From assembly GCA_038727095.1 (NCBI GenBank), contig JAVYWK010000002.1, positions 32,001 to 96,000 on the forward strand: a DNA stretch of 64,000 nucleotides, in the 5' to 3' direction. Numbering within the stretch: position 1 is the stretch's first letter; each line of letters opens with the position of its first letter. Below, piece by piece: positions 34,207 to 43,595 of the stretch. The notes below the pieces were generated by a model, which did not search any database, had not been told where the DNA came from, and worked only from the letters and a program-made list of their open reading frames with translations. The position numbers and the translations under genes are program-made. This DNA is from Thermofilaceae archaeon. GTDB taxonomy: Archaea > Thermoproteota > Thermoprotei > Thermofilales > Thermofilaceae.

Positions 34207-34956
34207 ATGCCGTTACTATTCGAGTTCCCACATGCGCGGGATTGGAGGTACCTCATAGAGAGCTTAGAGACCGTAATCGAAGAGGCGAGCTTCATTGCCG
34301 ATAACGAGGCCCTCCGCCTTAGAGCGCTCGATAGCTCGCGCATCGCCATGGTTGATCTGTACCTACCGAGAGAAAGCTTTAGCACGTACGAGATCGATGA
34401 GGCGCCTACGAGGATTGGTGTGAACTTCGACGAGTTTAACAAAATCCTGAAGCGCGCTAAAACCGAAGATAAGATAATATGCCGCGTGGAGGGTGGTAGG
34501 CTAAAAGTAACTCTATCGGGTAAAGCTGAGAGAACATTCTCGCTTCCCATCATCAGCACTGAAGGTGGAGAGCTCCCTGTACCTAAGGTAACGTTTGACG
34601 TTACAGCTAAGATGGTTTCCGATACGTTTAGAGACTCATTGAAAGAGGCTGAGCTTGTAAGTGATACGATTAGATTCGCTGGTGAGCAGAGAGAGTTGAA
34701 ACTTGCAGCACGCAGCGATAAGGGTGAGTGGGAAGCGGTTTTCTCAATGGAAAAAGGATCTTTGATAGAGTACGAAGTAAGACAACCTTCATACTCGTCC
34801 TACAGTCTGGAGTACCTAGACGAAATTGTGGGTAAGGCTTACAGGATAAGCGACCTCGTTACTATCGAGTTTTCCACAAACAAACCGTTGTGCCTAACCT
34901 TCGACATAGCGGCCGGAGGCATACTCAGGTTCTTCTTAGCACCGCGGATGGAGTAG
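34207..34956 (+). CDS. pcn: DNA sliding clamp PCNA
   Basis: LRALDSSRIAMVDL, YSLEYL, FFLAPR. Confidence 0.96.
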   Translation: MPLLFEFPHARDWRYLIESLETVIEEASFIADNEALRLRALDSSRIAMVDLYLPRESFSTYEIDEAPTRIGVNFDEFNKILKRAKTEDKIICRVEGGRLKVTLSGKAERTFSLPIISTEGGELPVPKVTFDVTAKMVSDTFRDSLKEAELVSDTIRFAGEQRELKLAARSDKGEWEAVFSMEKGSLIEYEVRQPSYSSYSLEYLDEIVGKAYRISDLVTIEFSTNKPLCLTFDIAAGGILRFFLAPRME

Positions 34957-34957
34957 A

Positions 34958-36016
34958 ATGGTAGTACCCAAGATCGAAGTAGCGCTTTCGCCAGAAGACT
35001 TCCGTAAATACCCCTTCCTCCCCGAGGCAATAGATCGGGCAAAACGGCTGGGCATCACCCTCAACGACTTGGCGACTCCGGCTTTAAGAGAGGTTCTCGA
35101 TCGGGCTGGAACCTACGTTAGAGCTGCAATCGACTCTAAAGCGCTTCCTCTCCCCGCAGATGACTATGATATAGAGATCCTATCGTATATGACTACGCTA
35201 GTTCTTCTTCGCATAGTCTTCGATAGGATGCTCATCAGGCGTTTTGCTGTACTATTTTCTAAAAGATTCTCACAGTTTATAGCGAGTGAGGATTTAATTA
35301 AAATAATCTACATTTTACATAAAATTGGTATAAAAGTGAAAATTCTTGATGAAGATTTCTCAGGTTTCAACATAGTAGTAGATGTTCTAGATTATATCGA
35401 GAACATTCCAGAAAGTAAAGGGCCGTGGAAGCTTGTCCATAGGCTGGTTGATCGCGGATGGGTTTTCGTTAACAAGTTTGAAGTTATCAGGCTAGGCGAG
35501 GAAGCTCTCAAACGGTTTGTGGAACAGCGGGTTGAAAGCCTCCAGCTGGACGGCTTAGGACTCCCCAACGAGGTTTTCTCACTTGTTGAGGAAGTAAGCA
35601 GGGATTGGAGCCAAAAGCTGAAGGAGATTAAGGAGGCATGGATTCCCACCGATGCAACGGGCTTTGAGCAAGCCCTACCCCCCTGCATGGCAGCAATACT
35701 GGAAAACCTGAGAGCTGGCAGGAACATACCTCACAGCGCTAGATTTGCGCTCGCCTCGTTCCTTCTTAACATAGGCTTGAGCGCTGAGGATGTCCTTGAT
35801 GTTTTCAAGGCTGCTCCGGACTTCAACGAGAGAATCGCCCGATACCAGGTCGAGCATATCGCTGGCATGAGGGGCTCTAAGAAGAAGTACTCCCCGTACA
35901 AGTGCGATAACATGAGAACTCTAGGGCTCTGCGTGGCTGAGTGCAAGGTACGACACCCGCTACAGTACTTCTGGCTGAGGCGCCGTGGAAGGGTCGTGCG
36001 GCATGAAGGCTCCTGA
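34958..36016 (+). CDS. priL: DNA primase large subunit
   Basis: KYPFLPEA, LPPCM, HSARFALASFL, PDFNERIARYQVEHI, YKCDNM. Confidence 0.95.
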   Translation: MVVPKIEVALSPEDFRKYPFLPEAIDRAKRLGITLNDLATPALREVLDRAGTYVRAAIDSKALPLPADDYDIEILSYMTTLVLLRIVFDRMLIRRFAVLFSKRFSQFIASEDLIKIIYILHKIGIKVKILDEDFSGFNIVVDVLDYIENIPESKGPWKLVHRLVDRGWVFVNKFEVIRLGEEALKRFVEQRVESLQLDGLGLPNEVFSLVEEVSRDWSQKLKEIKEAWIPTDATGFEQALPPCMAAILENLRAGRNIPHSARFALASFLLNIGLSAEDVLDVFKAAPDFNERIARYQVEHIAGMRGSKKKYSPYKCDNMRTLGLCVAECKVRHPLQYFWLRRRGRVVRHEGS

Positions 36017-37124
36017 CGCTAACAGGTTAGTGGTTCAGCTATTTAGAAGCTACTACAAGCGATTAAGGGAGGACGATATCTACGTGAACGACCTTCAGAA
36101 AAGAGAGTTTGCATTCACCTACTTCACCGAAGGGGGAATGCGACGACACATCGCCTTCGGCAGCACCTCAGAGCTGGTGAGATACCTAGCGGAAGCTGTA
36201 CCGCGTCACGCTTACCACTCGGCGGCCTACTACCGTGACCCGGCTGCAAGGACGATGGATGATAAGGGTTGGGAGGGGGCAGATCTCATCTTCGATATTG
36301 ACGTGGATCACATAGACACGCCATGCAAGGAGCAGCATGACAAGTGGTTCTGCAGGGCATGCGGTTCAACCGGTTGGGGTGCACCTTCCCGGTGCCCCAG
36401 TTGCGGTAGCGAGAACCTCGAGAAGCATACCTGGGTATGCAACGTTTGCATCAGCGTTGCGCGCGACGAGATTCTGAAACTTGTGGATTTCTTAGAGCGA
36501 GATTTCGGCTTCACTTCCCACGATCTTTTCATCACGTTTTCTGGGCACAGGGGCTTCCACGTGCGCGTAGAAAACGAGGAAGTTAGGATGGTGAGCCAGG
36601 ACGGTAGGCGCGAGATAGTTGACCACATAAAGGGTTTGGGGTTGGACATCAGACAGATGGTAGTCAAGACGGCGGGTGGTTACAGGCTACGCTACGGAAC
36701 GCCGGTCTCTGGTTGGTATGGGCGGATAGCCCGTTGGTCGATACTGACGACAGAGGAAGAAAAACCTGTCCTAAGCTTAGAGGAGTGGGAAAAGCTCCTC
36801 AGCGAGTGTGTAGCGAAGGAGGCTGTCGCCATAGACGAGAGAGTAACCGTGGACACTAAACGTTTAATAAGACTACCGAATAGCTTGCACGGCAAGACTG
36901 GGTTGCGTGTTGCTCCACTCACTGTGCAGGATTTGGAGAATGAGGATCTTCTTGGAAAAGCTAAAGTTTTCAGGGATGGTGAAGTAGCCGTGGAATTCGA
37001 AAACGAGCCCCCAAAAACTGTCTTAGACATCAGCTCAACCGCATCTTCGAGAACACTGCCCCTCTACGCGGCTGTGTACATGCTGCTCAACGGAGTCAGC
37101 TTCTCCAAGTTTGTCCTGCTTTAA
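36003..37124 (+). CDS. priS: DNA primase small catalytic subunit
   Basis: REFAF, ADLIFDIDVD, FSGHRGFH, IDERVTVDTKRLIRLPNSLHGKTG. Confidence 0.96.
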   Translation: MKAPDANRLVVQLFRSYYKRLREDDIYVNDLQKREFAFTYFTEGGMRRHIAFGSTSELVRYLAEAVPRHAYHSAAYYRDPAARTMDDKGWEGADLIFDIDVDHIDTPCKEQHDKWFCRACGSTGWGAPSRCPSCGSENLEKHTWVCNVCISVARDEILKLVDFLERDFGFTSHDLFITFSGHRGFHVRVENEEVRMVSQDGRREIVDHIKGLGLDIRQMVVKTAGGYRLRYGTPVSGWYGRIARWSILTTEEEKPVLSLEEWEKLLSECVAKEAVAIDERVTVDTKRLIRLPNSLHGKTGLRVAPLTVQDLENEDLLGKAKVFRDGEVAVEFENEPPKTVLDISSTASSRTLPLYAAVYMLLNGVSFSKFVLL

Positions 37125-37171
37125 ACGTGAGCAACTATCTTAAAGCTCCTACCATAACGTTCTCCTTAGGA

Positions 37172-37735
37172 ATGAAGTTGCTGACTGAGCTTCAGGGTGC
37201 TTTACGAAGGGAGCTTGAAACAGGTGAGCTGCTCGACCTTGAAGAAGACTTTTACGACAACGTTCAAAACTGGTTAAAATCGCTAAGCATAGAGACAGGT
37301 AGAGACACGACTGAGCTGCCCAATGAGCTCGCAGAGCGCGCAAAAGCGACTGTTAAGAAGCTGCTTATATTGAGGTTGACCAAGGAGCTTAACTACCTCT
37401 GGACACACGGTGTCATACCCGAGAAACGATTACCCAAGCAGGAAGCCGCTTTGCTAGAAAGCATTCTTAGCATCCTCAGTAAAATAACAGGCGAAGAGGC
37501 CAAGGAGCAAGAGGGTGCGCCCGAGAGAGGAGACAGGTTTACCGCTCTACCCGCACGAGGATTTAGCATGATGGCGCTAGTGTCTTTTAAGAAACCGTAC
37601 ACTAAGCTGGTACTATCGAACGGAAAGCTTCTGGGCCCCTTCTCGATCGGCGACATAGCCGTCTTACCGTTAAGCGACGCTCACATGCTGGCTCGCGACG
37701 AAATTGTTCAAGTAATCATGAGCTTCGCCGTTTGA
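37172..37735 (+). CDS. GINS complex subunit (Gins15/51-like)
   Basis: Helical A domain (LLDLEEDFY, LRLTK) then B domain (LGPFSIGDIAVLP); conserved position after priS. Confidence 0.8.
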   Translation: MKLLTELQGALRRELETGELLDLEEDFYDNVQNWLKSLSIETGRDTTELPNELAERAKATVKKLLILRLTKELNYLWTHGVIPEKRLPKQEAALLESILSILSKITGEEAKEQEGAPERGDRFTALPARGFSMMALVSFKKPYTKLVLSNGKLLGPFSIGDIAVLPLSDAHMLARDEIVQVIMSFAV

Positions 37736-37942
37736 CCCGTGAAGGCTTCTTAACTCCGCTCTCGAGGTTCATAAGAGAAGAAACTGAAACAAAGATTAGA
37801 GAGTTACTCGCTCCTCGCAGAGCCTGGTTCATGTACGCCGCCTCTCTTCCGGATAGCCCAACCTGGGAGACGGAGGTTACTAGCAGTGCGTGCCTGGGGC
37901 TAAACGTTTTTAAACTCGGGAAAACAGCAAGGGGGGGTCAAG

Positions 37943-38227
37943 ATGAAGTTCCCAAGGACGATCAGAACATATTGTCCGCGCTGCAAGGCTCATACTAATC
38001 ATAGCGTAGCACTCTATAAGCCCGGAAAGAGACGGACATTAGCAGAGGGGCAGCGACGCTACTTAAGGAAGCAGAGAGGCTATGGATCAAAGAGGAAGCC
38101 CGAGCAGAAGGAGTTCGCCAAGGTCACCGAGAAGCAAGTGATTAAGATAAAATGCTCTGTTTGCGGTTACATGCAACACAGAAGCTTGGGTAGAATGAAA
38201 AAGCTAGAAATAGTTGAAAAAGCGTGA
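37943..38227 (+). CDS. rpl44e: 50S ribosomal protein L44e
   Basis: [29 protein letters not shown]. Confidence 0.97.
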   Translation: MKFPRTIRTYCPRCKAHTNHSVALYKPGKRRTLAEGQRRYLRKQRGYGSKRKPEQKEFAKVTEKQVIKIKCSVCGYMQHRSLGRMKKLEIVEKA

Positions 38228-38232
38228 TATGT

Positions 38233-38439
38233 ATGCCTAAATTCAGTAAAATTCTCAAACCAGTTCCCAGAAGCCGATTCATCCTAGTGAGATGCCCTGA
38301 CTGTGGTAACGAGCAGGTATTGTTCAGCCATTCATCAACGCTAGTTTCCTGCAGGGTCTGCGGTCGCGGGCTGGCTAAGCCGACCGGAGGTAAAGCCATC
38401 ATAGAGGCACAAACCGTTCGTGTCTTAGATAAGTTCTAG
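38233..38439 (+). CDS. rps27e: 30S ribosomal protein S27e
   Basis: PRSRFILVRCPDCGNEQVLFSH, PTGGKA. Confidence 0.97.
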   Translation: MPKFSKILKPVPRSRFILVRCPDCGNEQVLFSHSSTLVSCRVCGRGLAKPTGGKAIIEAQTVRVLDKF

Positions 38440-38448
38440 GGGGTTCTG

Positions 38449-39246
38449 GTGACTGCCGTTAAACGGATTCCCAAGCTTCACAAGCTTGTGATCGGAACCG
38501 TAAAGAGGATTGAAGAACATGGAGCATTCGTGACATTAGATGAGTACCTTAATGTTGAAGCTTACGTACCCTTAAACGAAGTGTCACACTCGTGGTTCAA
38601 GAGTATTAGGGAGGTTCTTAAAGTTGGCCAGAAAAGGGTGTTTAAGGTTATCCGCGTTGACCCGCAACGTGGCCTCATTGATGTCTCTCTGAAAAGGGTT
38701 ACCGATAACGAAAGAAGGAAGAAGATGCAGGAATGGAAACGTTTCCAGAGGTCGATGAAATTGTTAGAATTAGCAGCTGAAAAACTGAAAAAAAGCATAG
38801 AGGAGGCACTTGAAGTAACCCTAAACCTCGAAAGCCTTTACGGTGATACCCTCGCCGGCTTAGAGGCTTCCGTAAAGGAGGGTCCGGCAGCTCTCCAGCG
38901 AGCAGGAGTCAAGGAGCCTTGGCTCTCGGTACTCTACGAGTTGGCTAAAAGCTACGTAAAAATACCAAAAACAAAAGCGAGTGTAATGTTCTCAATAAGT
39001 TGCACCCATGGTGATGGTGTAGAAAGACTGCGGAGTATTCTCGGAGCCTGGAGTGAGGTGATCAAGTCCTTCCCCGATCTAACGGCCCGGTTCTACGTCG
39101 TTGGACCGCCTAGGTATAGGATGGACATAGAGGCTTATGATCCAAAACGAATTGAAGCGTTCATCAATGAAGTTAGTAAGGTAATTCTTGCTAGAGCAAG
39201 CGAAAAAGGCTGTCAGGCATCCTTGGAGAGGTTAAAATTGGAGTAG
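38449..39246 (+). CDS. eif2a: Translation initiation factor aIF-2 alpha
   Basis: S1 domain (GAFVTLDEY, IDVSLKRV), GPPRYR. Confidence 0.95.
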   Translation: MTAVKRIPKLHKLVIGTVKRIEEHGAFVTLDEYLNVEAYVPLNEVSHSWFKSIREVLKVGQKRVFKVIRVDPQRGLIDVSLKRVTDNERRKKMQEWKRFQRSMKLLELAAEKLKKSIEEALEVTLNLESLYGDTLAGLEASVKEGPAALQRAGVKEPWLSVLYELAKSYVKIPKTKASVMFSISCTHGDGVERLRSILGAWSEVIKSFPDLTARFYVVGPPRYRMDIEAYDPKRIEAFINEVSKVILARASEKGCQASLERLKLE

Positions 39247-39253
39247 TGGGGCT

Positions 39254-39442
39254 ATGGTTTCAAGATGGTTATTGAGGAAATGTGCAAGGTGCGGCACTTA
39301 CACTCTCAACAGGGAAAGCTGCCCTAAGTGTGGCAGCCCCGTGCGTATACCTCATCCCCCGAGGTTCTCTCCCGAAGATAAGTACAGCAAGTACAGGAGG
39401 ATGCTTAAAACGCAATCCGCTCGCAATCAGGGATCCGTTTAA
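39254..39442 (+). CDS. nop10: H/ACA RNP protein Nop10
   Basis: CARCGTYTL, CPKCG, HPPRFSPEDKYSKYR. Confidence 0.96.
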   Translation: MVSRWLLRKCARCGTYTLNRESCPKCGSPVRIPHPPRFSPEDKYSKYRRMLKTQSARNQGSV

Positions 39443-41610
39443 TCGCTCGGGTACTCGACTTTGAAGACTAGAACCCACTCGTTCGGCCTAGAGGCGTAGA
39501 CCAGTTTGAAGCGAGTGGGCTGGGGGATATCTGGGCTGGGGCCTCGATAGTTGGATATCGGTGTCCCATAGAACGGCAGCTTCTCGAATATGAAGAATTG
39601 CCTCTCCGTAGTTTTGACGAAGAGGAGGCGATACAAGGTAGCGTTGCGCGCCTCCGGGGTGTCTGCTGGCACGAGCACGGGGTAATTGTCTACGTACCCT
39701 ATGCCAACGTACCTATCGGGGTCTACGCCGATCCAGCGCGCCATTTGGTAGCTTTTTGCCAGATCGCCTCCAATGCCTCCGTACGCCGGTGAGAAGTAAA
39801 CGTAGCCTAGGTACTGTAGTTGAGCCTTGAGGAAAGGCTCGAATACGACTACGTAGGATACATTGAGCTCCCTAAAAATCTTCAGCGCTTCCTCCTCGCT
39901 CGAAAGGAAAGCAGTGGCGATTCTTTGTATCTGCTTCGTGTCTATCGTAGCATTATCGCAAGTGGAATTCCTTCCCGTGTTCACGGAGATCCAGTAGCCG
40001 TAATCCCACCACGTGGCTATTACGGCGTTCTCCGGCACATTAGCTTTGATCCACTCGAGAGCCGATAGCCAATCCGTGTACTGGTAGTTGTAGTCCAATA
40101 CTGGGATCGAGGAGGAAAGTATCAAAGCAGGTTGGTGCGTTGCTGCTATGGAGTTCGTGTCAGCCACGGTGAGGAGAGGCAGTAAGAATACTATCGCGAG
40201 GGGAAGGAGAGCTAGCTCAAAGCCTGGTTGAAGCCCTCTTTTAGCACTCGACTTCTGCTGCCACAATCGTGCAGCCCCCTCCGTAAGCTCACTTATCGCA
40301 TACCCGGCTAGCAACGCTACGGCCGGCGCCATGAGTAAGGTAAGCCTAGCCATAGAAGCGGCAGCGTAGGCTGAGCTGACCCAGAACAGCAGCATGAGAG
40401 TATCTTCAATCCTCCTCCTATACCTGTAACCACACAGTAGGGCTCCGAAACCCGAAAGGGGGAGGAGCATGCCGTAACTGCCGTAGATAGAGGCCCATGT
40501 GGGTACTGCATGCTCAGCTACTGTGGTTACTCCAACCTCGCGGAGCACAGGAAGCAGGATGGCCATGATTCTGCCTGGAAGCGCCGTCAGGAGCCCTGTG
40601 TACCATAGGATCATAGCTGCAACCGCTAGCCCTCCCACAACGATCGCTGCAGTCTTCCTATCTAAGCGCAAACCCCTTCTAGGAACGTGGTGCAACATAA
40701 CGAGTATGGATAGTAACTTAGCCGACCACGGCAGCAACGCGGCATACGAAGTGAAAGCGTAGACAGGTCCGAAGCGCGGCATAACCGCTATTAAAACATC
40801 GGCGGTTACAATGAATGGGAGGAAGACCTTCGCTACGTTGACGTCCTCGGGGTTGAAGAGTAGCCAGACCAGTACAGTGAGGGAGACGAGATTCCAAGCG
40901 TATAGGAAGCCGCCCCAAGCTAGGATAACTATACCCATTGCTAAACCGGCGAGGAAGCCCCTCAGCATTGATCCTCTTCTTGCCCCGCCGATCAACAGGT
41001 AGAGCGCCAGCAGCATGAATGGTATAGCTACACCCTCATGCTTTGCTCCTAAGTTCGTCCTGAAGATGAAAGGCCAGCTACAAGCCATGAGTACTGCGGC
41101 GAGAACCCCCGCGCTCGAATCCCAGACTTCCTTAGCCAGAAGGTAAGCGAAGATGCTAGCCGTCGCAGCCCACACAGCCGGAATAAAGGCGTGCGCCGTG
41201 TATAGATCCACTTCAAATCCGAGACCCTTCAGAAGCGTGTAAACCGAGGCGGAGAAGAGAGGCGCTCCTAATTGGCTGCTTGCCCTTAAATCCCTCCCAA
41301 AGGGCGCCCAGAACAACGTATCCCTCTCCCCCCTATCAAACCACCAGCTGAACCACCACGCAAGCCCTCCTAGTAGGCTGCCATTACCCTTCTCAAGCAG
41401 TTTCTCAGCCAGGTAATACTCGTAGAAGGGGTCGAACTCGTTTAGGTAAACCCCCCATCTGAGAGGAGCCAATCTCAAAAGAAGAGCTATGACGACACTG
41501 AAGGCAATGACTAATGTGGCAATGAAGCTCGGTTTCGCGAAGAAGCTTACGCACGCGGTAAGCCCTCGCGCGAGTTTAGCTGGTAGCGACTTCCAGCTCT
41601 CGTTCCTCAT
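39439..41610 (-). CDS. aglB: Oligosaccharyltransferase AglB (STT3 family)
   Basis: Multi-TM protein; EFDPFY, TVAEH, WWDYGYWI, DLAK motifs. Confidence 0.94.
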   Translation of the reverse strand: MRNESWKSLPAKLARGLTACVSFFAKPSFIATLVIAFSVVIALLLRLAPLRWGVYLNEFDPFYEYYLAEKLLEKGNGSLLGGLAWWFSWWFDRGERDTLFWAPFGRDLRASSQLGAPLFSASVYTLLKGLGFEVDLYTAHAFIPAVWAATASIFAYLLAKEVWDSSAGVLAAVLMACSWPFIFRTNLGAKHEGVAIPFMLLALYLLIGGARRGSMLRGFLAGLAMGIVILAWGGFLYAWNLVSLTVLVWLLFNPEDVNVAKVFLPFIVTADVLIAVMPRFGPVYAFTSYAALLPWSAKLLSILVMLHHVPRRGLRLDRKTAAIVVGGLAVAAMILWYTGLLTALPGRIMAILLPVLREVGVTTVAEHAVPTWASIYGSYGMLLPLSGFGALLCGYRYRRRIEDTLMLLFWVSSAYAAASMARLTLLMAPAVALLAGYAISELTEGAARLWQQKSSAKRGLQPGFELALLPLAIVFLLPLLTVADTNSIAATHQPALILSSSIPVLDYNYQYTDWLSALEWIKANVPENAVIATWWDYGYWISVNTGRNSTCDNATIDTKQIQRIATAFLSSEEEALKIFRELNVSYVVVFEPFLKAQLQYLGYVYFSPAYGGIGGDLAKSYQMARWIGVDPDRYVGIGYVDNYPVLVPADTPEARNATLYRLLFVKTTERQFFIFEKLPFYGTPISNYRGPSPDIPQPTRFKLVYASRPNEWVLVFKVEYPSD

Positions 41611-41668
41611 CGCCTAGATGCTGCCAACAGGGCTTAAAAATTTGTGCGAGACCTCCCGTTGATACGCT

Positions 41669-41833
41669 CTACCTTTTTCGAACCCTAACCACTATTTTCT
41701 TAGGCTCTAGGGAGAGCTTGCGGAGACACCTAGGGCACTTGTCCCCATATCTGGACAATACCTTTAGTACATCTACCGGTTTCTCGCCGGCGTGAAGCAC
41801 GTAAGAGCACCAACTGCAAACCACGTAGTACAT
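41669..41833 (-). CDS. 54-aa zinc-ribbon protein (not in the ORF track)
   Basis: Manual translation MYYVVCSWCSYVLHAGEKPVDVLKVLSRYGDKCPRCLRKLSLEPKKIVVRVRKR; two CxxC pairs; fills the intergenic gap. Confidence 0.8.
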   Translation of the reverse strand: MYYVVCSWCSYVLHAGEKPVDVLKVLSRYGDKCPRCLRKLSLEPKKIVVRVRKR

Positions 41834-41906
41834 AGCGCTAGAAGCTATGGAGGGGGTGGTTTTAGTGCATATCGGCTAACTCAAGTACAATATTGCCGCC
41901 AGCGTT

Positions 41907-43592
41907 TCAAAGCACAACCCTGCGAAGGAGTATCAAGGCTACGAGAGCGTAGGCCAAAAGGAGGGTCGAAGTGAAAAGAGCCGCTGGGATTGCCATTGCC
42001 TCAGCCATGTTCACTACGAGTACAGTGAGTGTTACATCGCTGCCCATAACCATCATCGTTGCGCCTGTTTCTCCGAGCGAGCTTAGAAGAGCGAGGACAG
42101 CCCCAGCCACTATCCCACGCTTAAGCATGGGAAGCGTTATTGTCTCCAGAGCATCATAGGGCGATGCGCCAAGCGTTCGTGCAACCTCCTCAAACGTCTC
42201 GGGCTTTATGCTCTCGCTAGCTGACATGAGGGTTTCGAACACGACTGGCGTCGTGAAAGCTATGTGCACCACTATCGTGAGCCAGATGCTGGGATGCGCC
42301 AGCCGAAGACCGTTTTCACCGTATAGTAAGAGGGCTGAAAGGCCTGTCGCACTCGTTGGAACGACCAGTGGGATCCTAAAGAGGGCTCTGATAACTGGTA
42401 CCAATCTTGTCCCCCTGATAGCCGTGAAAAGCAGGATCGAGAGGTAGGTGGCAATGAGTGTGGAAAGGCCCGCGACAACTAGTGAATTTAAGGCGGCCCT
42501 TATGATGAGAGGCCAGTAACCAACAGGACCAAACACTTGGTAGAGGATGCCTCCCTCAACTCTCCCGGTGTATGGATCACGGCTCCAGTACTCGATCGTA
42601 CTCTTCATCACGAAAAGCACGGGAAGAAGGACTACTAGGAAGAGTACAGCTACAATGAATGCTTTGAATGAGCTTGTCAGAAAACGCCCATGTGAAAGCT
42701 TAGACTCAATCTTTACTAGCATTCGTTCGACTCTTGTATCCTTCACTTCCCTACCCAGTCCTATTCTCTTAGATAAGAGTTCGATCGGCAGCACAAGGGC
42801 CATAGTTGATGCAACCATGAGGCTAGCGAGAAAACTGGCTAACCCGAAGCGTAGTACCCCGACAAGCCTGACTATAGCGACGCTTGCAGGTACGTTTACT
42901 CCGGCAACGATAACGCTGGCCCCCGTCTCCCCGAGCGAGCGGGTGAGCGCGAGCACAGAACCTGAAACTAAGCTCGGTAGCACGAGGGGAAGAACCACGC
43001 GGCGGAACGTGGTGAGAGTGGATGCCCCTAAGGATCTAGAAACGAGCTCATAGGCTTCTCCTAGAGTCTCCAACGCTGCTGTTAGGGGCCTGACAAGGTA
43101 CGGGAGAGAGAGAGCCACATGTGTTATCAATAGGAGCGCGGGCACATTGATCACGGGTATCACGAATTCCTGGGAGATGATCCCCTTACCAAGGTTGAAG
43201 AATGACGCTACACCGAGTGGACTGCTCCACGTTATTAACACGGAGAAACCGAATGCTGAAGTCGGTAGCACTAAAGCGAGGGTAACTACGTTCTCAAGAA
43301 ACTCGTACCCCCTGATGCGGCGACGCGATATGATGTAAGCAAGAGGTACTCCCATGGCCAAGTTTAACGCAAGCGTCGATAGAGAGAGCCTGAGGGAGAG
43401 GGAGAGGGCCTTTACTATCAACTGCCAGTAACCGCTTCCCACTATGTAGTGGTTAAAAGCCTCCTCTACAACCTGCCCGGCATGCATTATTACGTAGACT
43501 ACAACGTATAGAGAGGGGGCGAGCACGAGGAAGGATGCAATAGTTAGAACCGCTATAGTGTAGGCGGACTTAACGTACTTAACGAACCTCAC
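41907..43592 (-). CDS. ABC importer permease with two fused membrane domains (FbpB/CysTW-like)
   Basis: Two EAA-type loops (YELVSRSLGAS, FEEVARTLGAS) and two SLGETGA motifs. Confidence 0.9.
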   Translation of the reverse strand: MRFVKYVKSAYTIAVLTIASFLVLAPSLYVVVYVIMHAGQVVEEAFNHYIVGSGYWQLIVKALSLSLRLSLSTLALNLAMGVPLAYIISRRRIRGYEFLENVVTLALVLPTSAFGFSVLITWSSPLGVASFFNLGKGIISQEFVIPVINVPALLLITHVALSLPYLVRPLTAALETLGEAYELVSRSLGASTLTTFRRVVLPLVLPSLVSGSVLALTRSLGETGASVIVAGVNVPASVAIVRLVGVLRFGLASFLASLMVASTMALVLPIELLSKRIGLGREVKDTRVERMLVKIESKLSHGRFLTSSFKAFIVAVLFLVVLLPVLFVMKSTIEYWSRDPYTGRVEGGILYQVFGPVGYWPLIIRAALNSLVVAGLSTLIATYLSILLFTAIRGTRLVPVIRALFRIPLVVPTSATGLSALLLYGENGLRLAHPSIWLTIVVHIAFTTPVVFETLMSASESIKPETFEEVARTLGASPYDALETITLPMLKRGIVAGAVLALLSSLGETGATMMVMGSDVTLTVLVVNMAEAMAIPAALFTSTLLLAYALVALILLRRVVL

Positions 43593-43595
43593 TCA

